DNA of 64,000 nt from Candidatus Komeilibacteria bacterium RIFOXYD1_FULL_37_29 (GTDB lineage: Bacteria > Patescibacteriota > Patescibacteriia > UBA1558 > GWA2-36-10): NCBI GenBank assembly GCA_001818495.1, contig MHKS01000005.1, positions 250,038 to 314,037 on the forward strand, in the 5' to 3' direction. The notes beneath the pieces were generated by a model. That model worked only from the letters and a program-made list of their open reading frames with translations, was not told the DNA's origin and searched no databases. Positions within the stretch are counted from its first letter, which is position 1. Every line of letters starts with the position of its first letter. Positions 32,629 to 40,362 of the stretch are shown here, in pieces. The position numbers and the translations under genes are program-made.

Positions 32629-33114
32629 ATGTTTTTTAATTTTATGTTTTTTATACTTTACCCCGGCTAAATCAAAGAGTTTTTTAGAAACGATAAAATT
32701 ATTCGCATCTTTGTCTGATCTATCATCTTGATAGATTATATTTTTTATGCCGCTTTGGATAATAATTTTTGCACACTCATTGCAGGGGAAGAGTAAACAG
32801 TAAAGTTTTGCATTTTCGGCTGATTGATTAGTATTTAAAATGGCATTTACTTCAGCGTGAACAACATACGGATATTTTGTATTTAAGATATTTTTTTTGT
32901 TATGCCCGTAATTATTACTCCAAGAAAAATGCCCTTCCTTAATACCTCTAGGCCAACCGTTGTAGCCAACTCCTAAAACAACATTATTTTTATCAACCAC
33001 GACAGCTCCGGTTTGAGTTGATGGGTCTTTTGATCTCTGAGCTATAACTTGAGCCATTAGCATAAATGTTTCATCCCACGATAAATAGTTTTTTCTAGCT
33101 TTTATATTATCCAT
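32620..33114 (-). CDS. dCMP deaminase (ComEB/Cd family)
   Basis: 164 aa. Zinc motifs VHAEVNAI and PCNECAKII, with N-terminal SWDETFMLMAQVIAQRSKDPSTQTGAVVV. Convergent with the operon, with a 9-nt 3' overlap. Confidence 0.9.
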   Translation of the reverse strand: MDNIKARKNYLSWDETFMLMAQVIAQRSKDPSTQTGAVVVDKNNVVLGVGYNGWPRGIKEGHFSWSNNYGHNKKNILNTKYPYVVHAEVNAILNTNQSAENAKLYCLLFPCNECAKIIIQSGIKNIIYQDDRSDKDANNFIVSKKLFDLAGVKYKKHKIKKHLF

Positions 33115-33399
33115 TTTTGTAGGTTAGATCACTTTATAAGAATATAATACCCCATACTTATCTTAAAAGTCAAAGATTATAACTATTATTTTTATGTCGA
33201 AACTAGTCAACAAACTAAAACCGAGAAAAATTTTTGGTTGTCAGAAAGAAGCTTGAATAATATAGGCAAGAAAGAGAGTTTTATTATAATGCTCGGAGGA
33301 GATATGTGAAATATTATGAACCAAACATTTAATTCGCAATGATTACTGGTTGTTCTATATAAAAAGATAGAGCCGTTAGTGTTAGTTGACGATTTCTGT

Positions 33400-33649
33400 T
33401 TTTCACTGTCTTTTCAGGCAGTTTTTTGGTATAATCAAAGCATTAATTAATAAAAATATTATGATTGACGAAGAAATAAAGCAAATTATTCAGGAAAATA
33501 AGGAAACTTTAGCTAATATTGATAAAAGAATTGGTCGGATTGAGAAAAATTTTATTTGGAGTTCAATTTTTGGTTTTGTAAAGATTGTTATTATTTTAGG
33601 GCCGATTATTTTTGGTATTATTTATTTTACGCCATTTTTAAAAGATTTT
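33400..33649 (+). repeat. right copy of the ~250-bp direct repeat
   Basis: See the left copy. Contains tggtataat at 33427-33435 and the ATG at 33461. Confidence 0.9.
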
Positions 33650-33811
33650 ATTCGTATTTATGAACCATTTTTCAAGAATCTACCGATTACTTTACAAAAT
33701 TTAAACAATCCTTCTTCGGACTCAAATATTCCAACTGGCGCTCAGGCTGGGTTAGAAAATTTTTGTGATCCACAAGTTCGCGAGGCCATGATCGATAGTC
33801 TTTGTAAATAA
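33461..33811 (+). CDS. small TM protein (full-length paralog), hypothetical
   Basis: ATG at 33461 corresponds to the start of the left-copy ORF and sits downstream of the repeated promoter. The ORF-track start at 33386 would place the promoter inside the coding region. Confidence 0.6.
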   Translation: MIDEEIKQIIQENKETLANIDKRIGRIEKNFIWSSIFGFVKIVIILGPIIFGIIYFTPFLKDFIRIYEPFFKNLPITLQNLNNPSSDSNIPTGAQAGLENFCDPQVREAMIDSLCK

Positions 33812-33817
33812 AAAATC

Positions 33818-34903
33818 ATGGAAGAATTACGCAGTAAAATAAAAACTTTATTTTTGGAGATTTCTAAATCTTTGAAAATTTTTGATTTAGAAAATAAAAA
33901 AAGTAAATTGGGAGAACTCAAAAACGAAATGACCAGACCAGACTTTTGGAATGACCAAGAACGAGCCAAAAATATTAGCTGGCAAGCCAGTGTTTTGGAG
34001 AAGGGTATCAATGACTGGCAGAATATAGCCAAGGAAGTAGCCGAGCTTAATGATTTGTCTCAAGATCAGCAGGCTGAGGAGTTATTAAAAGAATTGGAAA
34101 ATAAGTATAATATTCTTTATAATCAATTTACATCTTTGGCCGTTCAACTTTTTCTGCAAGGAAAATATGACGAGCTAGCCGCTATCATCACTGTCAATGC
34201 TGGAGCCGGAGGAGTAGATGCTCAAGACTGGGCGCAAATGATCGAAAGAATGTATTTACGACTAGCTGAGAAAAATAATTGGCAGGTCCATTTGATGTCG
34301 CGTTCAGTCGGCTCGGAAGCAGGGATTAAAAGTGTGATTTTTAAAGTCCAAGGTCCTTATGCTTATGGCTATTTAAAAAACGAAGCTGGAGTACATCGTT
34401 TGGTCCGTTTGTCGCCTTATGATGCTGATCACGCCCGGCATACTTCTTTTGCTATGTTAGAAGTTTTGCCGGAGATAATCAATCCGGAGATAGATATCAA
34501 AGAAGAAGATATCAAAGTTGATACTTTTCGGTCTTCTGGTAATGGCGGTCAGTCGGTCAATACTACTGATTCGGCTGTGCGGGTGACACATCTACCAACG
34601 GGAATTTCCGCTGGCTGTCAAAACGAGAGATCACAGATACAAAATAAAAAGCAAGCTCTCAGTCATCTCTACGCCAAATTGCAAAAATATTATGAGGCCG
34701 AGCAAGAAGACGAAAGAAAAATGATAAAGGGAGAATATACCGAAGCGGCTTGGGGCAATCAAATTCGCTCTTATGTTATTCATCCGTATAAAATGGTCAA
34801 AGACCATCGGACAAATTTTCAGTCCAAAGATCCAGACAGGGTCTTAGGTGGAGATTTAATGCCATTTATTAAGGCCAATTTGGAAAAAAATGTAGTGGCC
34901 TAA
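33818..34903 (+). CDS. prfB: peptide chain release factor 2, encoded without the programmed +1 frameshift
   Basis: 361 aa. HRLVRLSPYDADHARHTSFAMLEVLPE (RF2 SPF-region, here SPY) and SGNGGQSVNTTDSAVRVTHLPTG (GGQ). The N-terminus IFDLENKKSKLGELKNEMTRPDFWND is contiguous in one frame. Confidence 0.9.
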   Translation: MEELRSKIKTLFLEISKSLKIFDLENKKSKLGELKNEMTRPDFWNDQERAKNISWQASVLEKGINDWQNIAKEVAELNDLSQDQQAEELLKELENKYNILYNQFTSLAVQLFLQGKYDELAAIITVNAGAGGVDAQDWAQMIERMYLRLAEKNNWQVHLMSRSVGSEAGIKSVIFKVQGPYAYGYLKNEAGVHRLVRLSPYDADHARHTSFAMLEVLPEIINPEIDIKEEDIKVDTFRSSGNGGQSVNTTDSAVRVTHLPTGISAGCQNERSQIQNKKQALSHLYAKLQKYYEAEQEDERKMIKGEYTEAAWGNQIRSYVIHPYKMVKDHRTNFQSKDPDRVLGGDLMPFIKANLEKNVVA

Positions 34904-34928
34904 ACAATTTTGTGCTATAATAGACTAT

Positions 34929-36407
34929 ATGTTTGAGCATTTGGGTCCAGCACCAGAAGTAGGAATGTATAGACCAGGACCAAAATACAAATTGTATTTG
35001 AGTCTGCTTTTTTTGGCTATCTTAGGATTTATTTTCTCGGCTGCTATTAGCCGTGGGCCCAGCTCTCGGGCTATGGAGCCGGAGATTTTATCATCCGAGG
35101 TGTTAGTTGACAGTAGTGATAAAAAAATTGTTTCTAGCGCCAAAAATTTTCCGATTTTTGATTTTGTAGTCGAGGTTGATAATGCCAATACCTCTCTTTA
35201 TAAGCTAAATATTTTAGTAGAAGGTATTTATGATTTGAATTTACTCAAAGATTTAAAGTTGTTTCATGAAAATGTCCAACTCGGTCAAATAGAGCAAATA
35301 GACAGCACTGGTAAAATATATTTTGATTTAAAAGAGTACCAGCTACCAGTGGGTCAGAATAGGTTTTCTTTATTTTTTAGCAGTGGCGATAGTCTCAAAG
35401 ACAGTCCAGTTTTAAAGTTTAGTATTCCCACCAAAGATGACATCTTTCTTATTAGCTCTGGTCAAGTTTTTAGACCACGGGCTGATTTTCCTGTTAGTAG
35501 CGGGCTCATTTCTATTTCTGATCAGGGGCAAATCATGGCTTCTAACAGTTATATTATTGATGATTTTATTGTTGATTCAGAGGTGCCTCAACCGGTTTCA
35601 TCTTTTGAGCTTAGGTCTATTGGTGAAAAAGCTGATTTAAAACAAATAATATTATCCTATCAAAATTTAAGTGACGGGGCTGATACAAAGGCAGATTTCT
35701 TTTTATCTTTAGAGGGAGCACCCATTGCTCAAGCGTCATCTCAAGATGGCCAGATTATTTTTGATATTAAAAAAGGTATACTGCTAGAAGAGTTGTCTAG
35801 AAAAATATTTGAGTTGCACACCTTTGCTTTACCAGAGGGAAGCTATCAGTTTTCTTTAGACAATGTTTCTGCTCAAGGTGTCTGGTCCGGAGCTGACATT
35901 GCACTGCCAGCGCCAATTGCTTTAAGCCAAGTGGAAGCTAGAGCCTATTTTATGCAGTTTCAAGCCAAGGAGTTGGATCAGCGATTAACAGAGGGTTGGA
36001 ATAAAATTTATAATTTACAAATTAGCGCCAGAGGGGCTAAGACACTTTATTTAAATAAATTTACTTGGAGTATTGCCCCACAAAATTTGGATATAACCGC
36101 TTTGGAAATTTGGTACAGTGGTCAGCCCTATATTGCCGATATCATCTTTGAAGACGGCCAAGTAATTGTTAAAACAGACGGTCAAGATCCTTTGCCGATT
36201 GGTCAAGAGCCAACTGAATTATTACTTTTAGCCAAGGTAGAAAATATCAAAAACAAAGCCAAAATAGAGGCCTTTATTTTACCAGATGATAGTCCACTTG
36301 ATCAGGAAAATATTTTTGGCCATATTATCTGGTCAGATGGGCAAGATTTTTATAACGGTTATAAAATGCCATATTTACCGCTTCAGCCGAGTATCTTAAA
36401 CAATTAA
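34929..36407 (+). CDS. membrane-anchored hypothetical protein
   Basis: 492 aa. TM LYLSLLFLAILGFIFSAAI. No recognisable motif. tgctataat at 34913-34921 ends 8 nt before the ATG, so the transcript may be leaderless. Confidence 0.6.
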   Translation: MFEHLGPAPEVGMYRPGPKYKLYLSLLFLAILGFIFSAAISRGPSSRAMEPEILSSEVLVDSSDKKIVSSAKNFPIFDFVVEVDNANTSLYKLNILVEGIYDLNLLKDLKLFHENVQLGQIEQIDSTGKIYFDLKEYQLPVGQNRFSLFFSSGDSLKDSPVLKFSIPTKDDIFLISSGQVFRPRADFPVSSGLISISDQGQIMASNSYIIDDFIVDSEVPQPVSSFELRSIGEKADLKQIILSYQNLSDGADTKADFFLSLEGAPIAQASSQDGQIIFDIKKGILLEELSRKIFELHTFALPEGSYQFSLDNVSAQGVWSGADIALPAPIALSQVEARAYFMQFQAKELDQRLTEGWNKIYNLQISARGAKTLYLNKFTWSIAPQNLDITALEIWYSGQPYIADIIFEDGQVIVKTDGQDPLPIGQEPTELLLLAKVENIKNKAKIEAFILPDDSPLDQENIFGHIIWSDGQDFYNGYKMPYLPLQPSILNN

Positions 36408-36432
36408 ATCCTGCCTTAGAGCAGGATTTTTT
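36406..36432 (+). terminator. intrinsic terminator
   Basis: aaatcctgc-cttaga-gcaggattt followed by a T-run. Confidence 0.8.
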
Positions 36433-36488
36433 GACAAAGATGTTTTTCTTTGTTTAAATATAGCCAAGAAAAGTAAAAAGCGGTTTTG

Positions 36489-37799
36489 ATGAGCAAAAGC
36501 AAAATATTTTTGTTGGTTAGTTTTATTTTTTTAGCTGGTAATTTTTTTTGGTTGTTATATTTTGAAGATAGGGGAAACCATAATTTTAATTATGGTTCTT
36601 TTTATAGTTTCACCGCCCAGGTAGTCAGAGTTGATAAAAAAATTAATGGTTATAATATTGTGGTCCGTCCCGAAGGACTGGCCGATTTTTTCGGTCAGAT
36701 TTTGTTGTATACGCCACTTTACCCGGAGTATTATTATGGCGATATTTTGCAAATCTCCGGCAAGATTTATCAGCCGGAAAAACTAGCTGGCGACGATGGT
36801 CAGGTTTTTGCTTATGATAAATATCTCGCCAAAGATAATATTTTTGGCACCAGCTTCCGGCCGATTTTAAAAAAAATTGGTCAGTCAAAAAATCTGACTT
36901 TTTATGTTTATCAGGCCAGGCATTATTTTTGGCAAAACCTCAATGATTATTTGAGAGAGCCAGCTTCGGCTTTGGCCAAGGCCATGTTTTTGTCTCCTCA
37001 GCGGGAAATCAGCCCAGAGCTTTGGGATGTTTTTGCCAAAGTCGGCGTCAGTCATATGATCTCTATTTCCGGTTCGCATATGGTGATTATTATTTGGTTG
37101 TTGCAGTCTTTTTTGATTGCCGTGGGGTTTAGCAGAAAATCAGCTTGGTGGTGGCTGGTGATTTTTTTGTTGTTTTATTTATATTTGATTGGTTTTATCA
37201 GTCCGGCGGTACGCTCGGCCGCCATGGCTATCATTTTATTGTCCGGGCCATTTGTGGGTCGTCAGACTGATTCAGTTTATAGTCTGTTTTTGGTGGCCGA
37301 TATTTTGGTAGCTTTAAATCCTTTTATTATTTTATATGATATTGGTTTTCAGTTGTCTTTTTTGGCGGTTTTGGGATTGGTGTATTATGCTAGATTTTTT
37401 AATAAAATTTTGATTTTTATTCCTAGTAAATTCAAATTGCGCGAAGTCTTGGCCATGACTTTGGCCTCACAAGTGTTTACTTGGCCAATTACTGTTTATA
37501 ATTTTGGTATATTTTCCATTGTGGCTCCTTTGGCCAATTTTTTGATTCTGCCACTACTTCCAGCAGTTTTAGTTTTGTCCATGGCTTTAAGTGTCTGTGG
37601 CTTTTGGCCGTTTTTAGCCGAGCTTATCTCCTGGTCATTATTTTTGCTTTTAAAAATCATTGTCTTGATCAGTCAGCTGTTATCGCAAGTGTCTTATGCT
37701 TCTGTTTATATCAAAGGTTTTGATATTTGGTCTTTGTTTTTGTCTTTATTTTTTATAGGTGTTATTACTTGGATTTTAAAGCCACGGTCTTATGAATAA
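36489..37799 (+). CDS. comEC: ComEC/Rec2 DNA-uptake channel, membrane (Competence) domain only
   Basis: Polytopic membrane protein with the Competence-domain motif FAKVGVSHMISISGSHM. The ATG at 36489 is preferred over the TTG at 36486. Confidence 0.8.
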   Translation: MSKSKIFLLVSFIFLAGNFFWLLYFEDRGNHNFNYGSFYSFTAQVVRVDKKINGYNIVVRPEGLADFFGQILLYTPLYPEYYYGDILQISGKIYQPEKLAGDDGQVFAYDKYLAKDNIFGTSFRPILKKIGQSKNLTFYVYQARHYFWQNLNDYLREPASALAKAMFLSPQREISPELWDVFAKVGVSHMISISGSHMVIIIWLLQSFLIAVGFSRKSAWWWLVIFLLFYLYLIGFISPAVRSAAMAIILLSGPFVGRQTDSVYSLFLVADILVALNPFIILYDIGFQLSFLAVLGLVYYARFFNKILIFIPSKFKLREVLAMTLASQVFTWPITVYNFGIFSIVAPLANFLILPLLPAVLVLSMALSVCGFWPFLAELISWSLFLLLKIIVLISQLLSQVSYASVYIKGFDIWSLFLSLFFIGVITWILKPRSYE

Positions 37800-38586
37800 A
37801 ATAATATTATTAATACTGGTTATTGGTGGAATTTTATTTTTTTCTTTATATTACGAAAAAAAACAACTTGAGATATATTTTTTAGATGTTGGCCAAGGCG
37901 ATGCTATTTTAATTCGTAGCCCCCAGGGACAAAATATACTGATTGATGGCGGTCCAGACAACCAATTGCTCTCCGAGCTTGGCCAAGTCCTGCCTTGGTG
38001 GGAAAGGCAAATTGATTATGTGATCGTTAGCCATTATCATGATGATCATTTGACCGGACTGATAGAATTGTTAAATAAGTACAAGATTAAAAATGTTTTA
38101 GTGACCGCTCATCAACCTGATGATTTTTTATATCAGGTTTGGGCAGATAAATTGTTAGCAAAAAATATTAAGCCAACAGTAGTTAAAGCCGGTGATAGTT
38201 TTGTTGCCTCTGATGGTCTCTCCTGGCAAGTTATTTTAGCTGACTCAGAGCATGAGGATTATAATGAGAATTCTTTGGTTATTAGACTGACTTATCATAA
38301 TAAAAGTTTTTTATTGACCGGAGATTTGGGCAAAGTCGGGGAGGATAAAATTTTATCTGCTGGCTTAGCCATTGATGCTGATTATCTCAAAGTCGGCCAT
38401 CACGGCAGCAAGTATTCTTCTTCGGCCGAGTTTTTAGAAGTAGTCAGTCCAGAGATTTGTATTATACAATCGGGAAAAGATAATAAGTTTGGTCATCCGC
38501 ATCTGGAGACACTCAAAAGATTGTCAGCGGTGGGTTGTCAGATTATGAACACCCAAGATTTGGGCACAATTAGCTTTAATTTTTAG
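37792..38586 (+). CDS. ComEC-type metallo-beta-lactamase domain protein (separate ORF with its own TM anchor)
   Basis: 264 aa. N-terminal TM, then DVGQGDAILI, SHYHDDHLTG and VGHHGSKYSS (MBL motifs). The start overlaps the comEC stop by 8 nt. Confidence 0.8.
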   Translation: MNKIILLILVIGGILFFSLYYEKKQLEIYFLDVGQGDAILIRSPQGQNILIDGGPDNQLLSELGQVLPWWERQIDYVIVSHYHDDHLTGLIELLNKYKIKNVLVTAHQPDDFLYQVWADKLLAKNIKPTVVKAGDSFVASDGLSWQVILADSEHEDYNENSLVIRLTYHNKSFLLTGDLGKVGEDKILSAGLAIDADYLKVGHHGSKYSSSAEFLEVVSPEICIIQSGKDNKFGHPHLETLKRLSAVGCQIMNTQDLGTISFNF

Positions 38587-38696
38587 GGTTGTTATATTTA
38601 TTTTTTGGTATTATAATTTAACAAAGTCCACATATAGTATGTGGATTGTCGTACATATCAACCGATGCTTTATAAGCATCAGCAAGGAGTTTCTAT

Positions 38697-38798
38697 TATG
38701 AAACGCTTGAATCCACTTCGTATGAAGTGGCAAGAAGGTTTAGGCGGCAACAAGATCGAGAAGAACAAGGTCGTATCTGACCCGACAGACGGCCGCTA
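38697..38798 (+). CDS. candidate 33-aa small protein (MKRLNPLRMKWQEGLGGNKIEKNKVVSDPTDGR)
   Basis: Strong aaggag SD 8 nt upstream of the ATG, which is unusual in this window. Upstream -10-like tattataat at 38609-38617, two leader hairpins, and an intrinsic terminator downstream. Confidence 0.35.
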
Positions 38799-38821
38799 AC
38801 CAAGAAGGTCGCCGGTTCGCA

Positions 38822-38861
38822 GGGGGTCCAAAGTGTAGTCTTTGGCCCCCTTATTTATTTT
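38822..38861 (+). terminator. intrinsic terminator
   Basis: gggggtccaaag / ctttggccccc hairpin followed by ttatttatttt. Confidence 0.75.
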
Positions 38862-38862
38862 C

Positions 38863-38891
38863 TTGATTTTTGTATAGATTTGACCTATAAT
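38863..38891 (+). promoter_or_regulatory. sigma70-type promoter for the response-regulator gene
   Basis: -35 ttgatt (38863-38868), 17-nt spacer, -10 tataat (38886-38891). Confidence 0.5.
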
Positions 38892-38921
38892 AAAGGCACT
38901 AAATCATTAAATTTTTGCTTT

Positions 38922-39308
38922 ATGGCCAGTGATAAGAAAATTAAAATTTTACTCATCGAAGACGAGGAAATGCTCGCCAATATGTACGAGGTCAAGTTTA
39001 AAAACGAAGGTTTTGACTTGGAAAAAGCTTTAGATGGAGCTGAGGGTTTGGCTAAAGCCAAGGCCAATGTGCCAGATTTTATATTGTTGGATATTATTAT
39101 GCCAAAAATGGACGGCTTTTCAGTCTTGAAAGCTCTCAAAGATGATCCAGCTACCAAAAATGTGCCAGTTATTTTACTGACCAATCTTGGTCAGGAAGAA
39201 GATGTTGAAAAGGGTAAAGAATTGGGAGCAGTTGGTTATTTGGTTAAGGCCAATATTACTCCTTCCGAAGTAGTGGCCGAAGTAAAGAAAAAGCTTGGCA
39301 AAAAATAA
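38922..39308 (+). CDS. receiver-domain-only response regulator (CheY-like)
   Basis: KILLIEDEE...DFILLDIIMPKMDGFSVLKALK...PVILLTNLG...K. The ATG at 38922 is preferred because the TTG at 38880 lies inside the promoter. Confidence 0.85.
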   Translation: MASDKKIKILLIEDEEMLANMYEVKFKNEGFDLEKALDGAEGLAKAKANVPDFILLDIIMPKMDGFSVLKALKDDPATKNVPVILLTNLGQEEDVEKGKELGAVGYLVKANITPSEVVAEVKKKLGKK

Positions 39309-39381
39309 AATTTTTGTTAGTATATAGCCACCGCACCTCGCTTCGGCGGGGTGAGTTTAAATAATTAATAGTTTACGGAGT

Positions 39382-39960
39382 ATGAATTTTAAAGAGGAAA
39401 AAACATTTGTGATGATCAAGCCGGACGGTGTCCGCAAGAATCTGATTGGCGAAATTATTGCTCGTTTTGAACAACGCGATTTAAAAATAGTAGCTTTGGA
39501 AATGTTTCAGCCAACTGTTGCCCAGATTGATGAGCATTATCCCAAGGATAAGGCTTGGATCGCTCGCTTGGGTCAAAAAACTTTAAGTACTTATGAAAAA
39601 TACGGAGTTGATCCGATTAAAGAGCTGGGTACTGACAATGATTTTGAAATTGGTCAGATGGTCCGCAAGTGGTTGGTTGATTATATGACCTCTGCTCCTT
39701 TGGTTAGAATGGTGGTCCAAGGTATTCATGCGGTTGATATGGTTCGTAAAATTTGCGGTGTCACTATTCCCAATATGGCTGACATGGGTACTATTCGTGG
39801 TGATTTTTCCTCTGATTCTCCTTCAGTAGCTAATAGTGAAAAAAGAGCAGTAATGAATTTGATCCATGCGTCTGAAACTCCGCAAGAAGCTGAACACGAA
39901 ATGAAACATTGGTTTGGAAGCAGAAAGGTTATATTCAATTACGAGCGTTACCAAGATTAA
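39382..39960 (+). CDS. ndk: nucleoside diphosphate kinase (long form)
   Basis: KTFVMIKPDGVRKNLIGEIIARFEQRDLKIVALEM, RGDFS, and NLIHASE (catalytic His). Confidence 0.9.
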   Translation: MNFKEEKTFVMIKPDGVRKNLIGEIIARFEQRDLKIVALEMFQPTVAQIDEHYPKDKAWIARLGQKTLSTYEKYGVDPIKELGTDNDFEIGQMVRKWLVDYMTSAPLVRMVVQGIHAVDMVRKICGVTIPNMADMGTIRGDFSSDSPSVANSEKRAVMNLIHASETPQEAEHEMKHWFGSRKVIFNYERYQD

Positions 39961-39965
39961 AAATT

Positions 39966-39993
39966 AAAAAGAGCTAGGTTTAGCTCTTTTTTT
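39966..39993 (+). terminator. intrinsic terminator after ndk
   Basis: aaaaagagcta-ggtt-tagctcttttt plus a T-run. Confidence 0.8.
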
Positions 39994-40037
39994 GTTTTAG
40001 TTTGCTAGGATATTTTTCCGGTGTTATAATGGCTTTG

Positions 40038-40268
40038 TAGCCTCTTCTTTTAAAAATATGTAACTCTACAACAATTGCTATCGGTGTTTTATATTAGCTT
40101 AGACCTTGGTCTTATGTTTGCGAACACCACCCTTTTAAATAGGGGTTATACATATAGGAAAGAATGCTACTTAGTCAATTTTATCAGTAACCAATCAAAC
40201 ATGCTGACATGTGACTAGCAAAAAGGTGTTTTATAAGTTTTGCACTATACAAACGCCTTTTTGTTTTG
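40038..40268 (+). ncRNA. candidate ~230-nt non-coding RNA (orphan promoter-to-terminator unit), identity unknown
   Basis: Near-consensus promoter: -35 ttgcta 40002-40007, 18-nt spacer, extended -10 tgttataat 40023-40031. A 12-bp terminator stem (40221-40232 / 40252-40263) plus T-run. No ORF with a start context in between; internal pairings include cggtgtt/gaacacc. Confidence 0.3.
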
Positions 40269-40291
40269 GTTTAAAAAATATTTTTGTCAAT

Positions 40292-40351
40292 AAAAAAATC
40301 CAGTTGCCCTTAGTTGCTATATAAACATTAATTAGCAGGAGCCACTGGATT
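40292..40351 (-). terminator. putative terminator of rpmB
   Basis: Imperfect long hairpin closed by atccagt/actggat, followed on the minus strand by T7. Confidence 0.5.
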
Positions 40352-40362
40352 AAATAATAAAA

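Noticed and set aside
33386-33460. N-terminal extension of the small TM protein (ORF-track start 33386)
   Set aside because: The extension would translate the repeated tggtataat promoter. The paralogous left copy starts at the equivalent of 33461.
38590-38880. SRP RNA, tmRNA or RNase P RNA in the GC-richer intergenic block
   Set aside because: Hallmark motifs are absent: the SRP domain IV GGAA/AGCA symmetric loop, the tmRNA tRNA-like end, and the RNase P GAGGAAAGUCC. The block is better explained as the small-ORF unit, still unverified.
38880-38921. TTG start at 38880 for the response regulator
   Set aside because: It lies between the -35 and -10 of the predicted promoter. The receiver domain begins right after the ATG at 38922.
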